A stretch of 64,000 nt of DNA from an uncultured Nitrospinota bacterium (GTDB lineage: Bacteria > Nitrospinota > Nitrospinia > Nitrospinales > JAJDAT01), in the NCBI GenBank assembly GCA_964344185.1, contig CAYFMN010000005.1, forward strand, positions 65,516-129,515. The letters run 5' to 3'. Below are positions 48,957-58,847 of this stretch, piece by piece. The number at the start of each line of letters is the position of its first letter. The first letter of the stretch is position 1. The notes beneath the pieces were generated by a model. The model was not told where the DNA came from and did no database searches. It saw nothing but the letters and a program-made list of their open reading frames with translations. The position numbers and the translations under genes were made by a program.

Positions 48957-51017
48957 TTGGAACCGAATAAAAAAAGCGCAAGGCAGTTGGTTTCTGCAAG
49001 CGTCGCGATTTTAGCGTGCTTATTGGCGATAGTCTTTTCTAATTGGTCGCCGATAGAAACGCTTGAAAATAAAACCATCGATTGGCGGCTTCGGTTTCGT
49101 CTTCCTAACTTTGAGGCGGGTAAAGAAGTGGCGGTCGTTTTGATAGACGATGCGGCGTTGGACGTGTATCCATATCGAAGCCCTGTGCCTCGCGATTTAC
49201 TAGCAAAATTAATAGATGTTCTTTCCGAAGCGGGCGTTAAACGAATTGGGTTGGATGTTTTTCTAAAAGATTTGACCTGGGAAGACGAGGACGAAGCGCT
49301 TGCGGAATCTTTAAGAGCTAATGGCCGAACGACGCTTGTATCTACTTTTCGCGAAGAAGACGGCAAAATAGTATGGGATTTACCTCATCCAAAATTTTTA
49401 GATTCTGTAGACTCCACAGGCTTGGCGGATTTACCGATAGATCCAATCGATCAAATTGTGCGGGAAGCGACGGCTCTAAAAAATAATTCGGAAACAATTG
49501 TTCCAACGCTTTCCGCCGCAATGCTTTTGGCTTCTAAAACATCGGAAGTGGGGAAACCGGAAGCTCCGAAAATTTTACAAGAAGCATTGCCGTCTTTTGC
49601 CCGTAAAGGTCAAAAGTTTATTGTTGATTTTTTAGGACCGCCTTCTTCCGTTAGCCGTGAAAAATATGCGATTAAGACGTTTCCGGCATCAGGCGTTCTT
49701 ACGGGATTTTTACCTAAGGAATGGTTTGCAGGCAAGTACGTTTTTATTGGCGCCGGTTTTTCCGATAACACGGACACCTTTCGCACTCCTTATTATAGTG
49801 GAAAATACAATTATCCCTTAACGCCTGGAGTGGAAATTCATGCGAACGTTTTGGCCACGCTTTTGAGCGGGGGAAAAATAAAAGCTTCTACAAATGTTCA
49901 AAAATTCGGGACAATTTTTCTAGGGGCTTTAGTGTCGGTAATTATCTCTTTTGTTTTTTCGCCGGTAATAGCGGCTTTTTTTGAAATTGTTTTCATTGCC
50001 GGGTTTGTTTTTGCAACGTTTGCAATGTTTGAAAAGGCGAATCTGCTTTTGCCAATGATACCCGTTGGCTTGGCGGTAGGTTTTGCTTTTATTGGAGCTA
50101 TAATTTATAAGCTAACCTGGGAAGGACGCCAAAAGCGGTGGATAAAAAACGCTTTTCAAATGTACCTGTCGCCAGAGTTCGTAGAAACCTTGTCCAAAAG
50201 CCCTGAACAGCTAAATTTGGGAGGGGAGGAAAGAGAACTCACTATAATGTTTACCGATCTGCAAGGATTTACCGCTATTTCGGAAACAGTCGAACCGAAA
50301 GAATTGGTGAACCTCCTGAGCGATTATTTTGATGGTATGACAGAAATTATTTTTAGGTACGGAGGCACTCTTGATAAATACGTTGGCGACGCTATTATGG
50401 CCTTTTGGAACGCTCCAACAGATCAAACGGACCATGCCGAAAGATCGGTTTTAGCGGCTATAGATATGATTGAGTTTACTGAAAATATGAGCCATTCGTT
50501 TCGAAAAAGAGGGAATCCTGAGATTCGAACGCGTATTGGAATCAACACGGGAAAAGCTGTTGTTGGTAATGTTGGTTCCAGAAAGAGGTTTAACTATACG
50601 GTAATGGGCGACGTGGTTAATACAGCGGCGAGATTGGAAAGCGTTAACAAGCAATATGGAACCTTTTTAACAATAAGCGAATCAACTTTTGATCGCGTAC
50701 GGGATAAAGTTCGAGCCAGGAAACTGGATGTTGTTCGAGTTAAAGGAAAAACCCAGCCGGTTGCTATTTATGAATTAATTGGTAGAAAAGGAAGGTCTTT
50801 AGACAGCGAGCGCGAACAGGTTATGGAGGCTTACTGCGAAGGGTTGGAGGCATATAATCGCCGGCATTGGGAAACCGCCATTCATCATTTTATATCGGCT
50901 CTCCAAATTGATCCAAACGACGGCCCGAGTAAAATTTATTTAGAGAGATGTAGAACGCTACGCGATAACCCACCTAAGAAAAGTTGGGATGGAGTTTTTA
51001 ATTTATTATCCAAATAA
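48957..51017 (+). CDS. CHASE2 sensor-domain class III adenylate/guanylate cyclase
   Basis: 686 aa with a TTG start 3 nt after the CHAT gene stop. An N-terminal TM is followed by a periplasmic CHASE2-like region and 3 TM helices. Cyclase motifs are MFTDLQGFT, YVGDAIMAFWNAP, IGINTGKAVVGNVGS and YTVMGDVVNTAARLES. The tail is TPR-like. Confidence 0.85.
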   Translation: MEPNKKSARQLVSASVAILACLLAIVFSNWSPIETLENKTIDWRLRFRLPNFEAGKEVAVVLIDDAALDVYPYRSPVPRDLLAKLIDVLSEAGVKRIGLDVFLKDLTWEDEDEALAESLRANGRTTLVSTFREEDGKIVWDLPHPKFLDSVDSTGLADLPIDPIDQIVREATALKNNSETIVPTLSAAMLLASKTSEVGKPEAPKILQEALPSFARKGQKFIVDFLGPPSSVSREKYAIKTFPASGVLTGFLPKEWFAGKYVFIGAGFSDNTDTFRTPYYSGKYNYPLTPGVEIHANVLATLLSGGKIKASTNVQKFGTIFLGALVSVIISFVFSPVIAAFFEIVFIAGFVFATFAMFEKANLLLPMIPVGLAVGFAFIGAIIYKLTWEGRQKRWIKNAFQMYLSPEFVETLSKSPEQLNLGGEERELTIMFTDLQGFTAISETVEPKELVNLLSDYFDGMTEIIFRYGGTLDKYVGDAIMAFWNAPTDQTDHAERSVLAAIDMIEFTENMSHSFRKRGNPEIRTRIGINTGKAVVGNVGSRKRFNYTVMGDVVNTAARLESVNKQYGTFLTISESTFDRVRDKVRARKLDVVRVKGKTQPVAIYELIGRKGRSLDSEREQVMEAYCEGLEAYNRRHWETAIHHFISALQIDPNDGPSKIYLERCRTLRDNPPKKSWDGVFNLLSK

Positions 51018-51050
51018 GAGAAAAGATTTAAAAATTGCCGGAGCGATATT

Positions 51051-51944
51051 ATGGGGAAAAAATTACAATTTATTATGAGCGTTGTTTTAATTTCCACAGT
51101 TTTAATTTTTTCGTTATGGGGATTATGTAGCGCGAATTCAGGCGTTTTAATTTCTGTGAAAGGGAAAGTCGAAATTGTTTCAGACGGAAAAACAACTACG
51201 GCAAAGCCTGGTCAAACGTTGGCTTCTGGGGATTTAATTAAAAGTATGGGCGGGACGGCGGTTTTGGTTTTGGCTTCCGGGAAAACTCAAGCGATAAATG
51301 CATCACAAGAATATAGAATATCCAAAGGAGCGGACGTTAAAAAAAATGGTTTGGGAACGCGTTTAGCTTCTGCTTTAAGCGAAGCAAAAGAAAAGGGAAA
51401 AACTCCGTTCGTTCGTGGAATGGTTAGGGCTGGAGAAGGTTTTAAACTTCTCTACCCTTCAAATTCGACGGTATTACCCAATCGTTTAATGTTTGACTGG
51501 ATTGGACGCGAAAATACAGCCGAGGCTAAAATAATAGTTAAATCTGAGGATTCTGATTTTAACTTTTCTTTTAGTCCCGATTTAGACGCGGAAACAATTA
51601 TCTGGCCTGAGAATGGTCCGGAATTAACCGCTAATCAGCGGTATTACTGGAAAGTTACAGGTATGAATTTGGAGTCGATGGAAGAAAGTTCGAGCGGGTT
51701 GCGGTGGTTTCGCGTCTTATCCCCAAGCGAGTCAAATGAACTGGAAAAGGGGATTCAAAGTATTTTACGGATAAAAGGTATTGAGTCCCCAGATAAAGAG
51801 CTTTTAAAAGCGGCCTTATTTTATTCATTCCAACTGGATCACGAAGTTTTGGATTTATTGCAAGCCGTTAGCAAATCGGGAGAATTGGGCGAAAGTGGGA
51901 AAGAGTTGTTGGTGGCAGTTAAAAAGCGAATGGAAGGCGTTTGA
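51051..51944 (+). CDS. exported FecR-domain-like protein
   Basis: 297 aa with a signal peptide (...LWGLCSA|NS). The N-terminal beta-rich segment GVLISVKGKVEIVSDGKTTTAKPGQTLASGDLIKSMGGTAVLVLASGKTQAINASQEY matches the FecR-type pattern. Confidence 0.6.
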   Translation: MGKKLQFIMSVVLISTVLIFSLWGLCSANSGVLISVKGKVEIVSDGKTTTAKPGQTLASGDLIKSMGGTAVLVLASGKTQAINASQEYRISKGADVKKNGLGTRLASALSEAKEKGKTPFVRGMVRAGEGFKLLYPSNSTVLPNRLMFDWIGRENTAEAKIIVKSEDSDFNFSFSPDLDAETIIWPENGPELTANQRYYWKVTGMNLESMEESSSGLRWFRVLSPSESNELEKGIQSILRIKGIESPDKELLKAALFYSFQLDHEVLDLLQAVSKSGELGESGKELLVAVKKRMEGV

Positions 51945-51987
51945 CATGGCGGTAAAATTTTCCTTAATTTACGGTGAAATTAGGAAA

Positions 51988-52015
51988 TTGGGTAAATTTT
52001 TACCCAATTATTTTT
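51988..52015 (+). terminator. Rho-independent terminator closing the CHAT-CHASE2-FecR operon
   Basis: ttgggtaa attt ttacccaa (8-bp perfect stem) followed by ttattttt. Confidence 0.55.
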
Positions 52016-52174
52016 GCATTAAATTTTAGAATATTTTGTTAACTGCATAATTTATTATAAAATAAAGCGTTAAGGGGCTTGGTTAATTTGACTCGAAAAT
52101 GGCGCTGAGTTTGCTTTATATAACGATAATTACTAACTCATTCAAATTTTTGTCGTTATTTTAAGGAGACCGCC

Positions 52175-52405
52175 ATGACAAAAAATCCAATTTCCGATTT
52201 TTGGGATAATTACGATTGCTTGTTGCAACGCGATTCGTTTGGATCGGCGATTGATATTTTACTTGAAGAATTTCGATTATTAATTGAAGATAATTCCAAG
52301 ACTGCGCAAGCGATTGATAAACGCGAACCTTTGGATTTAATCGCTAATTATGCCAAAGAGGAAAATTATTACGATTTAGCCGAAATTCTGGGATTGGCAA
52401 CTTAA
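52175..52405 (+). CDS. hypothetical small acidic protein (76 aa)
   Basis: The ATG is preceded by AAGGAGA. No family recognised. Confidence 0.5.
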   Translation: MTKNPISDFWDNYDCLLQRDSFGSAIDILLEEFRLLIEDNSKTAQAIDKREPLDLIANYAKEENYYDLAEILGLAT

Positions 52406-52452
52406 ACCTGGTTTTTTATTTTGCCCCCCAGCGCTTTTGGCGAAGGGGATTT

Positions 52453-52980
52453 ATGGCAAAAAAACTAACTTTTAAATCCGTTTTTGTTGGATTAGTTGTT
52501 TCGTCAGCGCTCATTTTTTGTTCCGGTTTTCTAACCTGGGATCTCTCTGATCCCGGTGGCAAAGATGAAAAAAAAGGAGAATTGTACCTTACCAAGGTAG
52601 ATCCTTTTCAACCTGCATGCATGCCCTGTGAAGATATTTACTATCTACGATTTGGCGAAAATAGAAAGAATTTTCGCGAATACCCGCTTTATTTCCAATC
52701 TGGTTACTACAAAATAGATTTATTTGGTCCCGAAGGAACCGAGATTTCTTTTTTCGGCGCTGAAAACTTTCAAACCTCTATGGGTTATTTAAAGGTAATT
52801 AAGCGCGATGGAGAAAGAGCGACCATTTACAATTTAGAAGATTTAAAGCCAGAAACTTGGGTTGAAATACCTGCCCAGCCTGGAGTGACAGGCGCTTACG
52901 CAATTTATTTTAGTCCGTATCCTAGCTTTCAAGAAAACATTGCGTCTATTTCCTGGAATTTAGAAAGTCAGGATCAATGA
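52453..52980 (+). CDS. hypothetical exported/lipoprotein (175 aa)
   Basis: N-terminal hydrophobic leader with Cys (SSALIFCSG). No family recognised. Confidence 0.55.
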   Translation: MAKKLTFKSVFVGLVVSSALIFCSGFLTWDLSDPGGKDEKKGELYLTKVDPFQPACMPCEDIYYLRFGENRKNFREYPLYFQSGYYKIDLFGPEGTEISFFGAENFQTSMGYLKVIKRDGERATIYNLEDLKPETWVEIPAQPGVTGAYAIYFSPYPSFQENIASISWNLESQDQ

Positions 52981-53018
52981 GATCGTTCCTTAATTAAAAA
53001 CCAAAATGGAATACTTTT

Positions 53019-53450
53019 ATGAAACGTTTCATTCTTTTTAGTTTTTTATTAACGTTGTTAGGGTGTAGCGGTTCTTTGCCATCTACTATTGGCGACTTTG
53101 CTCCTTGTCCAAAAAGTCCACGCTGCGTCTCCACAAAAAGTTCCATTGAGGAAAAAAGGATACAGCCTTTTAAATATTCAATATCTAAAGAAAAAGCAAA
53201 GAAGGAAGTAGTAAAAATTGTTCGGAAGATGCCGGGGGCGGAAATCAAGATAAATCGAGATAACTTTGTGCATGCAGAATTTACCACTCCATTAATGCGT
53301 TTTGTGGACGATGTAGAGTTTTATTTCGAAGGAGATGGAGTTATAAATTTTAGATCGTCTTCTCGGATGGGTTATTACGATTTTGAAACAAATCGAAACC
53401 GTATGGAAGAGATTAGGAAAAGTTTTTCCTCTGTTTCGGGCCTTAAATAG
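53019..53450 (+). CDS. DUF1499-family lipoprotein
   Basis: 143 aa with lipobox LLTLLGC|SG. Has CPKSPRCVST and FVDDVEFYF...RSSSRMGYYDFETNRNRMEEIR, which match my memory of the DUF1499 pattern. Confidence 0.65.
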   Translation: MKRFILFSFLLTLLGCSGSLPSTIGDFAPCPKSPRCVSTKSSIEEKRIQPFKYSISKEKAKKEVVKIVRKMPGAEIKINRDNFVHAEFTTPLMRFVDDVEFYFEGDGVINFRSSSRMGYYDFETNRNRMEEIRKSFSSVSGLK

Positions 53451-54078
53451 AGATTATTTCGGCAGCTATTTCATCCAAAGTTAAAACTTTGTCAATTGCA
53501 CCTTCCTCAATAGCTATTTTATTCATTCCAAAAACGGAGCTGGTTTTTTCTTCTTGAGCAATAGTAAGTCCGCCGTTGTTTCGAATAGTTATCATTCCTT
53601 CCACTCCATCGTCTCCCATTCCATTTAATATAATACCGATGACATTTTTTTTATAAGAACAAGCTAAAGAAGACAATAAAACGTCGCAAGAAGGACTGTA
53701 TAAATGAACAGATTCCTTTGAAATAGGTAATGCTGAATTTGAAGAGTTAATTTCCCAATCGCTTTCGGAAGGGCAAACGTAGACTTTTCTTCTTTCCAGC
53801 GTTTTATTTTCCTGAATGATTTCAACAGGCAATTTTGATTTAGAATTCAACCAGTGAGTGAAAGTATGAGCTGAATTCAACGCCATATGTTGAGCGATTA
53901 TTATAGTTTGGTTAAAGCTTTTTGGGAGCTGACCCAAAATAACTGATAATGCTTTTGGTCCGCCTGCAGAGCAAGCTATAGCAACGATTTTTTCGGGGAG
54001 AATACAGTTGCCGGTGTTTATCTGATGGTTTAGATTTTGGGCGCTCAAAAAGTCTTGTTTTTCAGCTAGATTTAACAT
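53443..54078 (-). CDS. CheB-type protein-glutamate methylesterase catalytic domain only (no receiver domain)
   Basis: Has VAIACSAGGPKAL (Ser), IIIAQHM (His) and LNGMGDDGVEG (Asp). The ATG at 54076-54078 is preceded by GGAG. The ORF track extends to 54120. Confidence 0.7.
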   Translation of the reverse strand: MLNLAEKQDFLSAQNLNHQINTGNCILPEKIVAIACSAGGPKALSVILGQLPKSFNQTIIIAQHMALNSAHTFTHWLNSKSKLPVEIIQENKTLERRKVYVCPSESDWEINSSNSALPISKESVHLYSPSCDVLLSSLACSYKKNVIGIILNGMGDDGVEGMITIRNNGGLTIAQEEKTSSVFGMNKIAIEEGAIDKVLTLDEIAAEIISI

Positions 54079-54240
54079 TTTTGAAACTCCAAATATTTTT
54101 AAATAGCAAAAAATATACATAGAAAGCTAATGTTATATGTATTAATATACAGACAATTTTGCTCAATGTCAAATGTCAATCGAGCCTAGAGTCCTAATTT
54201 TTTTTTAAAAAAGATTATGAATAAATGGTGAGTTGAAATG

Positions 54241-55281
54241 TTAAGCCATTTCTTTTTCGGATTGTTCGCTTATCTCGGTAAGTTGACTGGGAGAAAGATG
54301 ATCGGTCAGAATATAATAAATTCCGATAGCGCTAACGATGCCCATATTTAAGGCCCATAGAACCATTCCATAGCTTAAAGCCACCACTTCGTTTTCTCCC
54401 ATAATATGATGGAGCGCCACAGATACGCCTAAATGGAAGGAACCAACAAATCCAGGAGTTGGGAATGCCGCAATGAAAATACAGACCATCACCAACAAAA
54501 TACCCACGGATTCAGGCGATTTATCTTGAAGGTCAAATGCCCAATATAGTGGGTAGTAACTTAATGCGACCAAGAACCAAACGACAGCAGAATAAAAAGT
54601 GATTTTAATGAGGGAATTTTTGTCTTTAACAACTTCGAGTCCTTGATTAAATTTCTCAATCAAAGTTTGAATTTTTTCTCCCCATCCATCCGGCAGTATT
54701 TTAGAAATCCAGGTAATTATTTGGGCAACTAAGTTTTTTTGAAAACACATCATGTAGACAAAGACCGTTAAAATAACAGCCCCAGCACATCCTAAGACCC
54801 CAAATTTAAAAGCGAGTTCGTCTAATGTCATTCCTGAAAACTTGGCTTCCGAGCTAAAAATATGGGAGTTAAAAAGCAATAGCCAGCAAAACAAACCCAT
54901 CAACATAAAAGTATCAAAAATACGTTCCACGACAATAGAAGCAAACGCTCCAGGAAAAGGAACTTCTTCGCGTTTGGCTAATAAGTAAGCTCTGATAAAT
55001 TCTCCGGCCCGAGCGGGTAACATATTTCCCATAAATCCAATCATCAATGGCGATAAAATTTGCGAAGTTTTAACTTCTTTAATAGGGGATAGCAAAATTT
55101 TCCAGCGAATACCGCGAACCGCAAAACTCACGACGACCAGAATGCCCGCCGGTATTAAATAAATAAAATTAACGTCTGAAAAAGAGTCCAAAAGCTCCTT
55201 TAACGAAACGTTTCGAAAAGTAAAATAGATGGCAAGGATGGCGACAACTACGCCAATAATGAATTGTTTTAGGTTTTTCAA
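54241..55281 (-). CDS. polytopic membrane protein, UPF0104 / 'flippase-like' family (second copy in window)
   Basis: 346 aa with ...FRNVSLKELLDSF....Y......L...SF..RG.RWKILL... and 8 hydrophobic spans. Confidence 0.6.
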   Translation of the reverse strand: MKNLKQFIIGVVVAILAIYFTFRNVSLKELLDSFSDVNFIYLIPAGILVVVSFAVRGIRWKILLSPIKEVKTSQILSPLMIGFMGNMLPARAGEFIRAYLLAKREEVPFPGAFASIVVERIFDTFMLMGLFCWLLLFNSHIFSSEAKFSGMTLDELAFKFGVLGCAGAVILTVFVYMMCFQKNLVAQIITWISKILPDGWGEKIQTLIEKFNQGLEVVKDKNSLIKITFYSAVVWFLVALSYYPLYWAFDLQDKSPESVGILLVMVCIFIAAFPTPGFVGSFHLGVSVALHHIMGENEVVALSYGMVLWALNMGIVSAIGIYYILTDHLSPSQLTEISEQSEKEMA

Positions 55282-55393
55282 ATTATGGGGACCTTGAGAA
55301 GATTAAAATTAGAAGCTGGTAATTTTAACCAGTTTTGAGAATCTAGGAAGAAAAGTGAATAATATCTAATATCGACAAAATGTTCGAGCGGCT

Positions 55394-56320
55394 TTAGATT
55401 CCGGCAAGAATTGTCTTTGCTGTTTGTATATCTTTTTGTATTTGAGAGGTTAGTGCATCAACATTTGGAAACGCTTTTTCGCTTCGGATTCTTCTAACAA
55501 AACCTATTTCAATTTCCTGACCGTACAATTGTTTGTTAAAATCAAAAATATGAGCTTCGATAACCAACTGGTTTCGATTAAAAGTTGGGTTGTTGCCAAC
55601 GTTAACAACTCCGTTTAAAATTTCTCCTTCAACTTGCACGGTACAAGCGTAAACGCCGCATGCAGGGGTCAAAAGTTCTCCTGTTTCAATATTAGCGGTA
55701 GGAAATCCAATTTTGTTGCCTCTTTGTTTTCCTTTTACTACGACGCCGGAAACACAATAATTCCTTCCAAGTAATCTGTTAGCGTTTTCTAAATCGCCTT
55801 CTGCAACCAACTTTCGAATACGCGTGCTGCTAACGGGTTTTCCTCCAAATTGAATTGGATTAATCATCTCAACCGAAAAACCAAACTTTTTTCCTAATGT
55901 TTCCAATGTCTGAACGTTACCTTTTCGCCCCTGGCCAAATGAGAAACCGGAACCAACAATAACAACGCGGGTTTTTAACTTATCGACCAGGATCGTTTCA
56001 ACAAAAGCTTCTGCGGTTAAGTCGGCCAACTTCCACGTAAACGGTTCAATCGCCAATAGATCAATGCCGCATTCTCCGATTTTTTTGGCTTTGTCGGAGA
56101 GTTTCATCAAAAAGCGCGGGCTTCTTTCGGGATCGAGTAGTTTAATGGGATGAGGATCAAAGGTAAGAGCGATGGCGGTTCCATTTTTTTCGCGGGCCAG
56201 ACGAGCCGCTTGGCTGAAAATGCTTTGATGACCTATATGGACCCCGTCAAAGTTGCCTATAGCGACAACAGCGTATTCCAACGGTTCGTTTAAATTTTCA
56301 ACACCCTTAACGACTTTCAT
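55394..56320 (-). CDS. ribF: bifunctional riboflavin kinase / FMN adenylyltransferase
   Basis: 308 aa with GNFDGVHIGHQ, the riboflavin kinase region GFPTANI and ...EAHIFDF...LYG..I.I.F..RIR.EKAF. Confidence 0.93.
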   Translation of the reverse strand: MKVVKGVENLNEPLEYAVVAIGNFDGVHIGHQSIFSQAARLAREKNGTAIALTFDPHPIKLLDPERSPRFLMKLSDKAKKIGECGIDLLAIEPFTWKLADLTAEAFVETILVDKLKTRVVIVGSGFSFGQGRKGNVQTLETLGKKFGFSVEMINPIQFGGKPVSSTRIRKLVAEGDLENANRLLGRNYCVSGVVVKGKQRGNKIGFPTANIETGELLTPACGVYACTVQVEGEILNGVVNVGNNPTFNRNQLVIEAHIFDFNKQLYGQEIEIGFVRRIRSEKAFPNVDALTSQIQKDIQTAKTILAGI

Positions 56321-56547
56321 TGATCACAATTTAGATAGGCCAATCTTTATATTTGGAATAGTATCCAACCTCAAAAAGGGTGTCAACAAAGATACTTGGG
56401 GCAGAATTCTTAAAAAATAATGCCAATGAGAGTATTTTATTAAAAGACAGCTGATAATGCCAATTTTTAAGTCGCTATTGCGCTAAAAAAAACAGTTTGT
56501 TAGAATTAGATATTATTTCATTACAATTTCCCAGAAAAGGAAACGTT

Positions 56548-56826
56548 ATGTTCGATATTGGGTTTTTCGAATTAATGATTATTATGGCAATCGGCGTGGT
56601 TGTTATTGGACCGAAAAACCTGCCTAAATTGGCCCGCGCAATAGGCAAAGGTTGGGGAGAGTTTCAGTCGACCTTTAATGAGCTTAAAGACGATATAATG
56701 GAAGAAGCGGACAATTTAAAGGGCACCGTTAATGTCGATCAACTAGAACAAGACGTTTCCGCCGCAACCAAAGTAGATGTCGACGTTAATTTAAGCGACA
56801 TTAACGATACGCCCAAAGCTACTTAA
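56548..56826 (+). CDS. twin-arginine translocase TatA/TatB-family subunit
   Basis: MFDIGFFELMIIMAIGVVVIGPKNLPKLARAIGKGWGEF, a TM helix with Gly-Pro hinge and amphipathic helix. The N-terminus is like E. coli TatB (MFDIGF). The ATG at 56548 is preceded by AAGGAAA. The ORF track starts at 56497. Confidence 0.8.
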   Translation: MFDIGFFELMIIMAIGVVVIGPKNLPKLARAIGKGWGEFQSTFNELKDDIMEEADNLKGTVNVDQLEQDVSAATKVDVDVNLSDINDTPKAT

Positions 56827-56894
56827 CAGACTCGGTTTTTAAAAAAGCGTCGAGCTAAAAACTAGCCCAACGCTTTTCACTTGCTTCGTTTGTT

Positions 56895-58847
56895 TTAAGA
56901 TTTAGCCTGTAATCCCCACGAGTGTAAGAATTGGTCTTTACCTTGCTCCGTTTCATAACGACAACGTAAATCTTGGCCGGATGCCTGACCAGTTATGTCA
57001 ACAGTTCCACGAAAGATATGCTGATCTCCAATCAACGGAAGACCTTGTTGGGTCATAGGAACGGATGTCCATTCGGAACCGCCGTTTCTGCTGACGTAGA
57101 AATTTCCTGGTCCATCTGAATCAGAATGTTCAATTCGCGACCAAATGTAACCTTCAGATGGAATGAATCCAGGATCATAAGCTTTACTGCGCAAATCCAT
57201 ACCGCTGCGCACAGAGTCGTAATTCAAGCGATATTGGGCTACGAAAGGATTTTGAGAAGAATCGTTAGAGTAAAGCGTTACTCCACGGACTACTGAATTG
57301 ACTGAGTTGGACCATCCGCCGGATTCTTCCCATTGTGCGTCCGTGATAGCCGCGAGATTGGTTCCTGACATGCGATTAGCGGCCTGCACTGAAATAGCTT
57401 GCGATACAGCGTGAAGCATTTCGTTGGTTTCGGCTTGTACGCCGGTGTAATCGTTTGCAGCGCTGCTAATATAGGTATGTGGACTCGTTGGAGGCGTAAA
57501 GTTTGAAGTCCACAGTGCGGATTTAGTAAAACGCACTTCATCGAGCCAACCGTCAAAATAATTTCCGGAAGGGGTCGCAAGAGGTTTAGTGCCTAAGAAT
57601 AATTTACTGCTGCTATGGACGCCACAATCTGCGTCGCCTAAAGGACCGCTGGTAACTTTTAGGATTCCATCTTCAAATATTCTATATAATCGTCCTTGTC
57701 GTACAAACGCTATATGGTACCACTGGCCCGTGGCGAGCGTGGATTCTCTGGTAAAATGAAAACTAAAATTAGTGTGAGAAGGATGAGCATAAGTTAATTG
57801 ATATATATTTCCACTCGCATTAAAGATTTCCCAAGAATCATTTGCAGAATCACCAACCCCTAAAATATTTGATCCTCCACTTGTAGTATTAAACCTAATC
57901 CAAAAATCGATTGTGAAATCATTAGCACCGAAAGAAAAATCGTCCGAAGCAGAATCGGATCGGATATAATCTCCTGTTCCGTCAAACAATAGCGACGATC
58001 CTCCGAACTTACTTTGCGTAGTGTCTATCTGAGCGTTGCCGTAAGTTGTAAAAGCATGTCCTGAAGGTCCGTTATCAATAATTGTTGTACTTGCATCAGC
58101 GCCGTCCCCATGAATCAACAGTTTCGTTGTGTCGTGGATTGCATTGTTATATTCCCAAGTACTGCCATTATTCTTAGCGATAGTTCTCCAAACGGAGCCA
58201 TCTTGGTTGAAGATTTTAATTTCGGTTCCGTCTCCAAAATTGGAAACAGGGTCGAGAGCTAACCAGTAATAGACACTTTGAGAATTAAGCGTTTCTGTAG
58301 CCGAGCCGCTATTAATATCTGACCAAGAGGATGTATCTGTCTTCTGAATTTCAGAATCGCACAGTGAAACATATTCAGAGGCTACGTTTGTCTGATCGGC
58401 TATTAATTCAATTTCGTGAATTCTGCAGTAATCTTGACTCCAAACGGCTGTTATCACGAGGTAATACCACCGAAAATTAGTACTATTAGAAAACGGAATG
58501 GCGGTCATTGGCCCAACTGTAACTGAATCTTCAGAATCATAAATTACTTCTGGAAAATTTGTTTCTGTATGCAATGACGTCGCCCCATTAGCTATTGGAT
58601 TTTGATTTTCTATTGGAGTTGTATTGGATCCGTAGATTTTAAAATCTTTCAAGGAACCTCCACCACTATCCGCAGAACTGTTCAGAACAATTTTGTTAAC
58701 TTTTCGAGCCTCTCCAATATCGATTGCAACCCACCTTAGATCTCCGCCTGTTGATATGCTATACCAAATTGCTGATTCTGTTGATGCACTATCGTTGTCT
58801 ATAGCCTTAGAACCGCCTCCAGTCGGAATGTGCGTTAGAATGAACAA
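56895..58847 (-). pseudogene. tail-fibre-like family paralogue C, downstream (C-terminal) reading frame: discoidin-like + LamG-like + conserved C-terminal modules
   Basis: 650-aa frame with no plausible independent N-terminus. It continues the alignment to paralogue A exactly where 58807..60324 stops. The LamG/ConA-like module (...FGGSSLLFDGTGDYI...FTIDFWIRF...WYHIAFV...LDEVRF) is encoded at about 57482-58142. The C-terminal 250 aa are highly similar to paralogue A. Confidence 0.6.
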
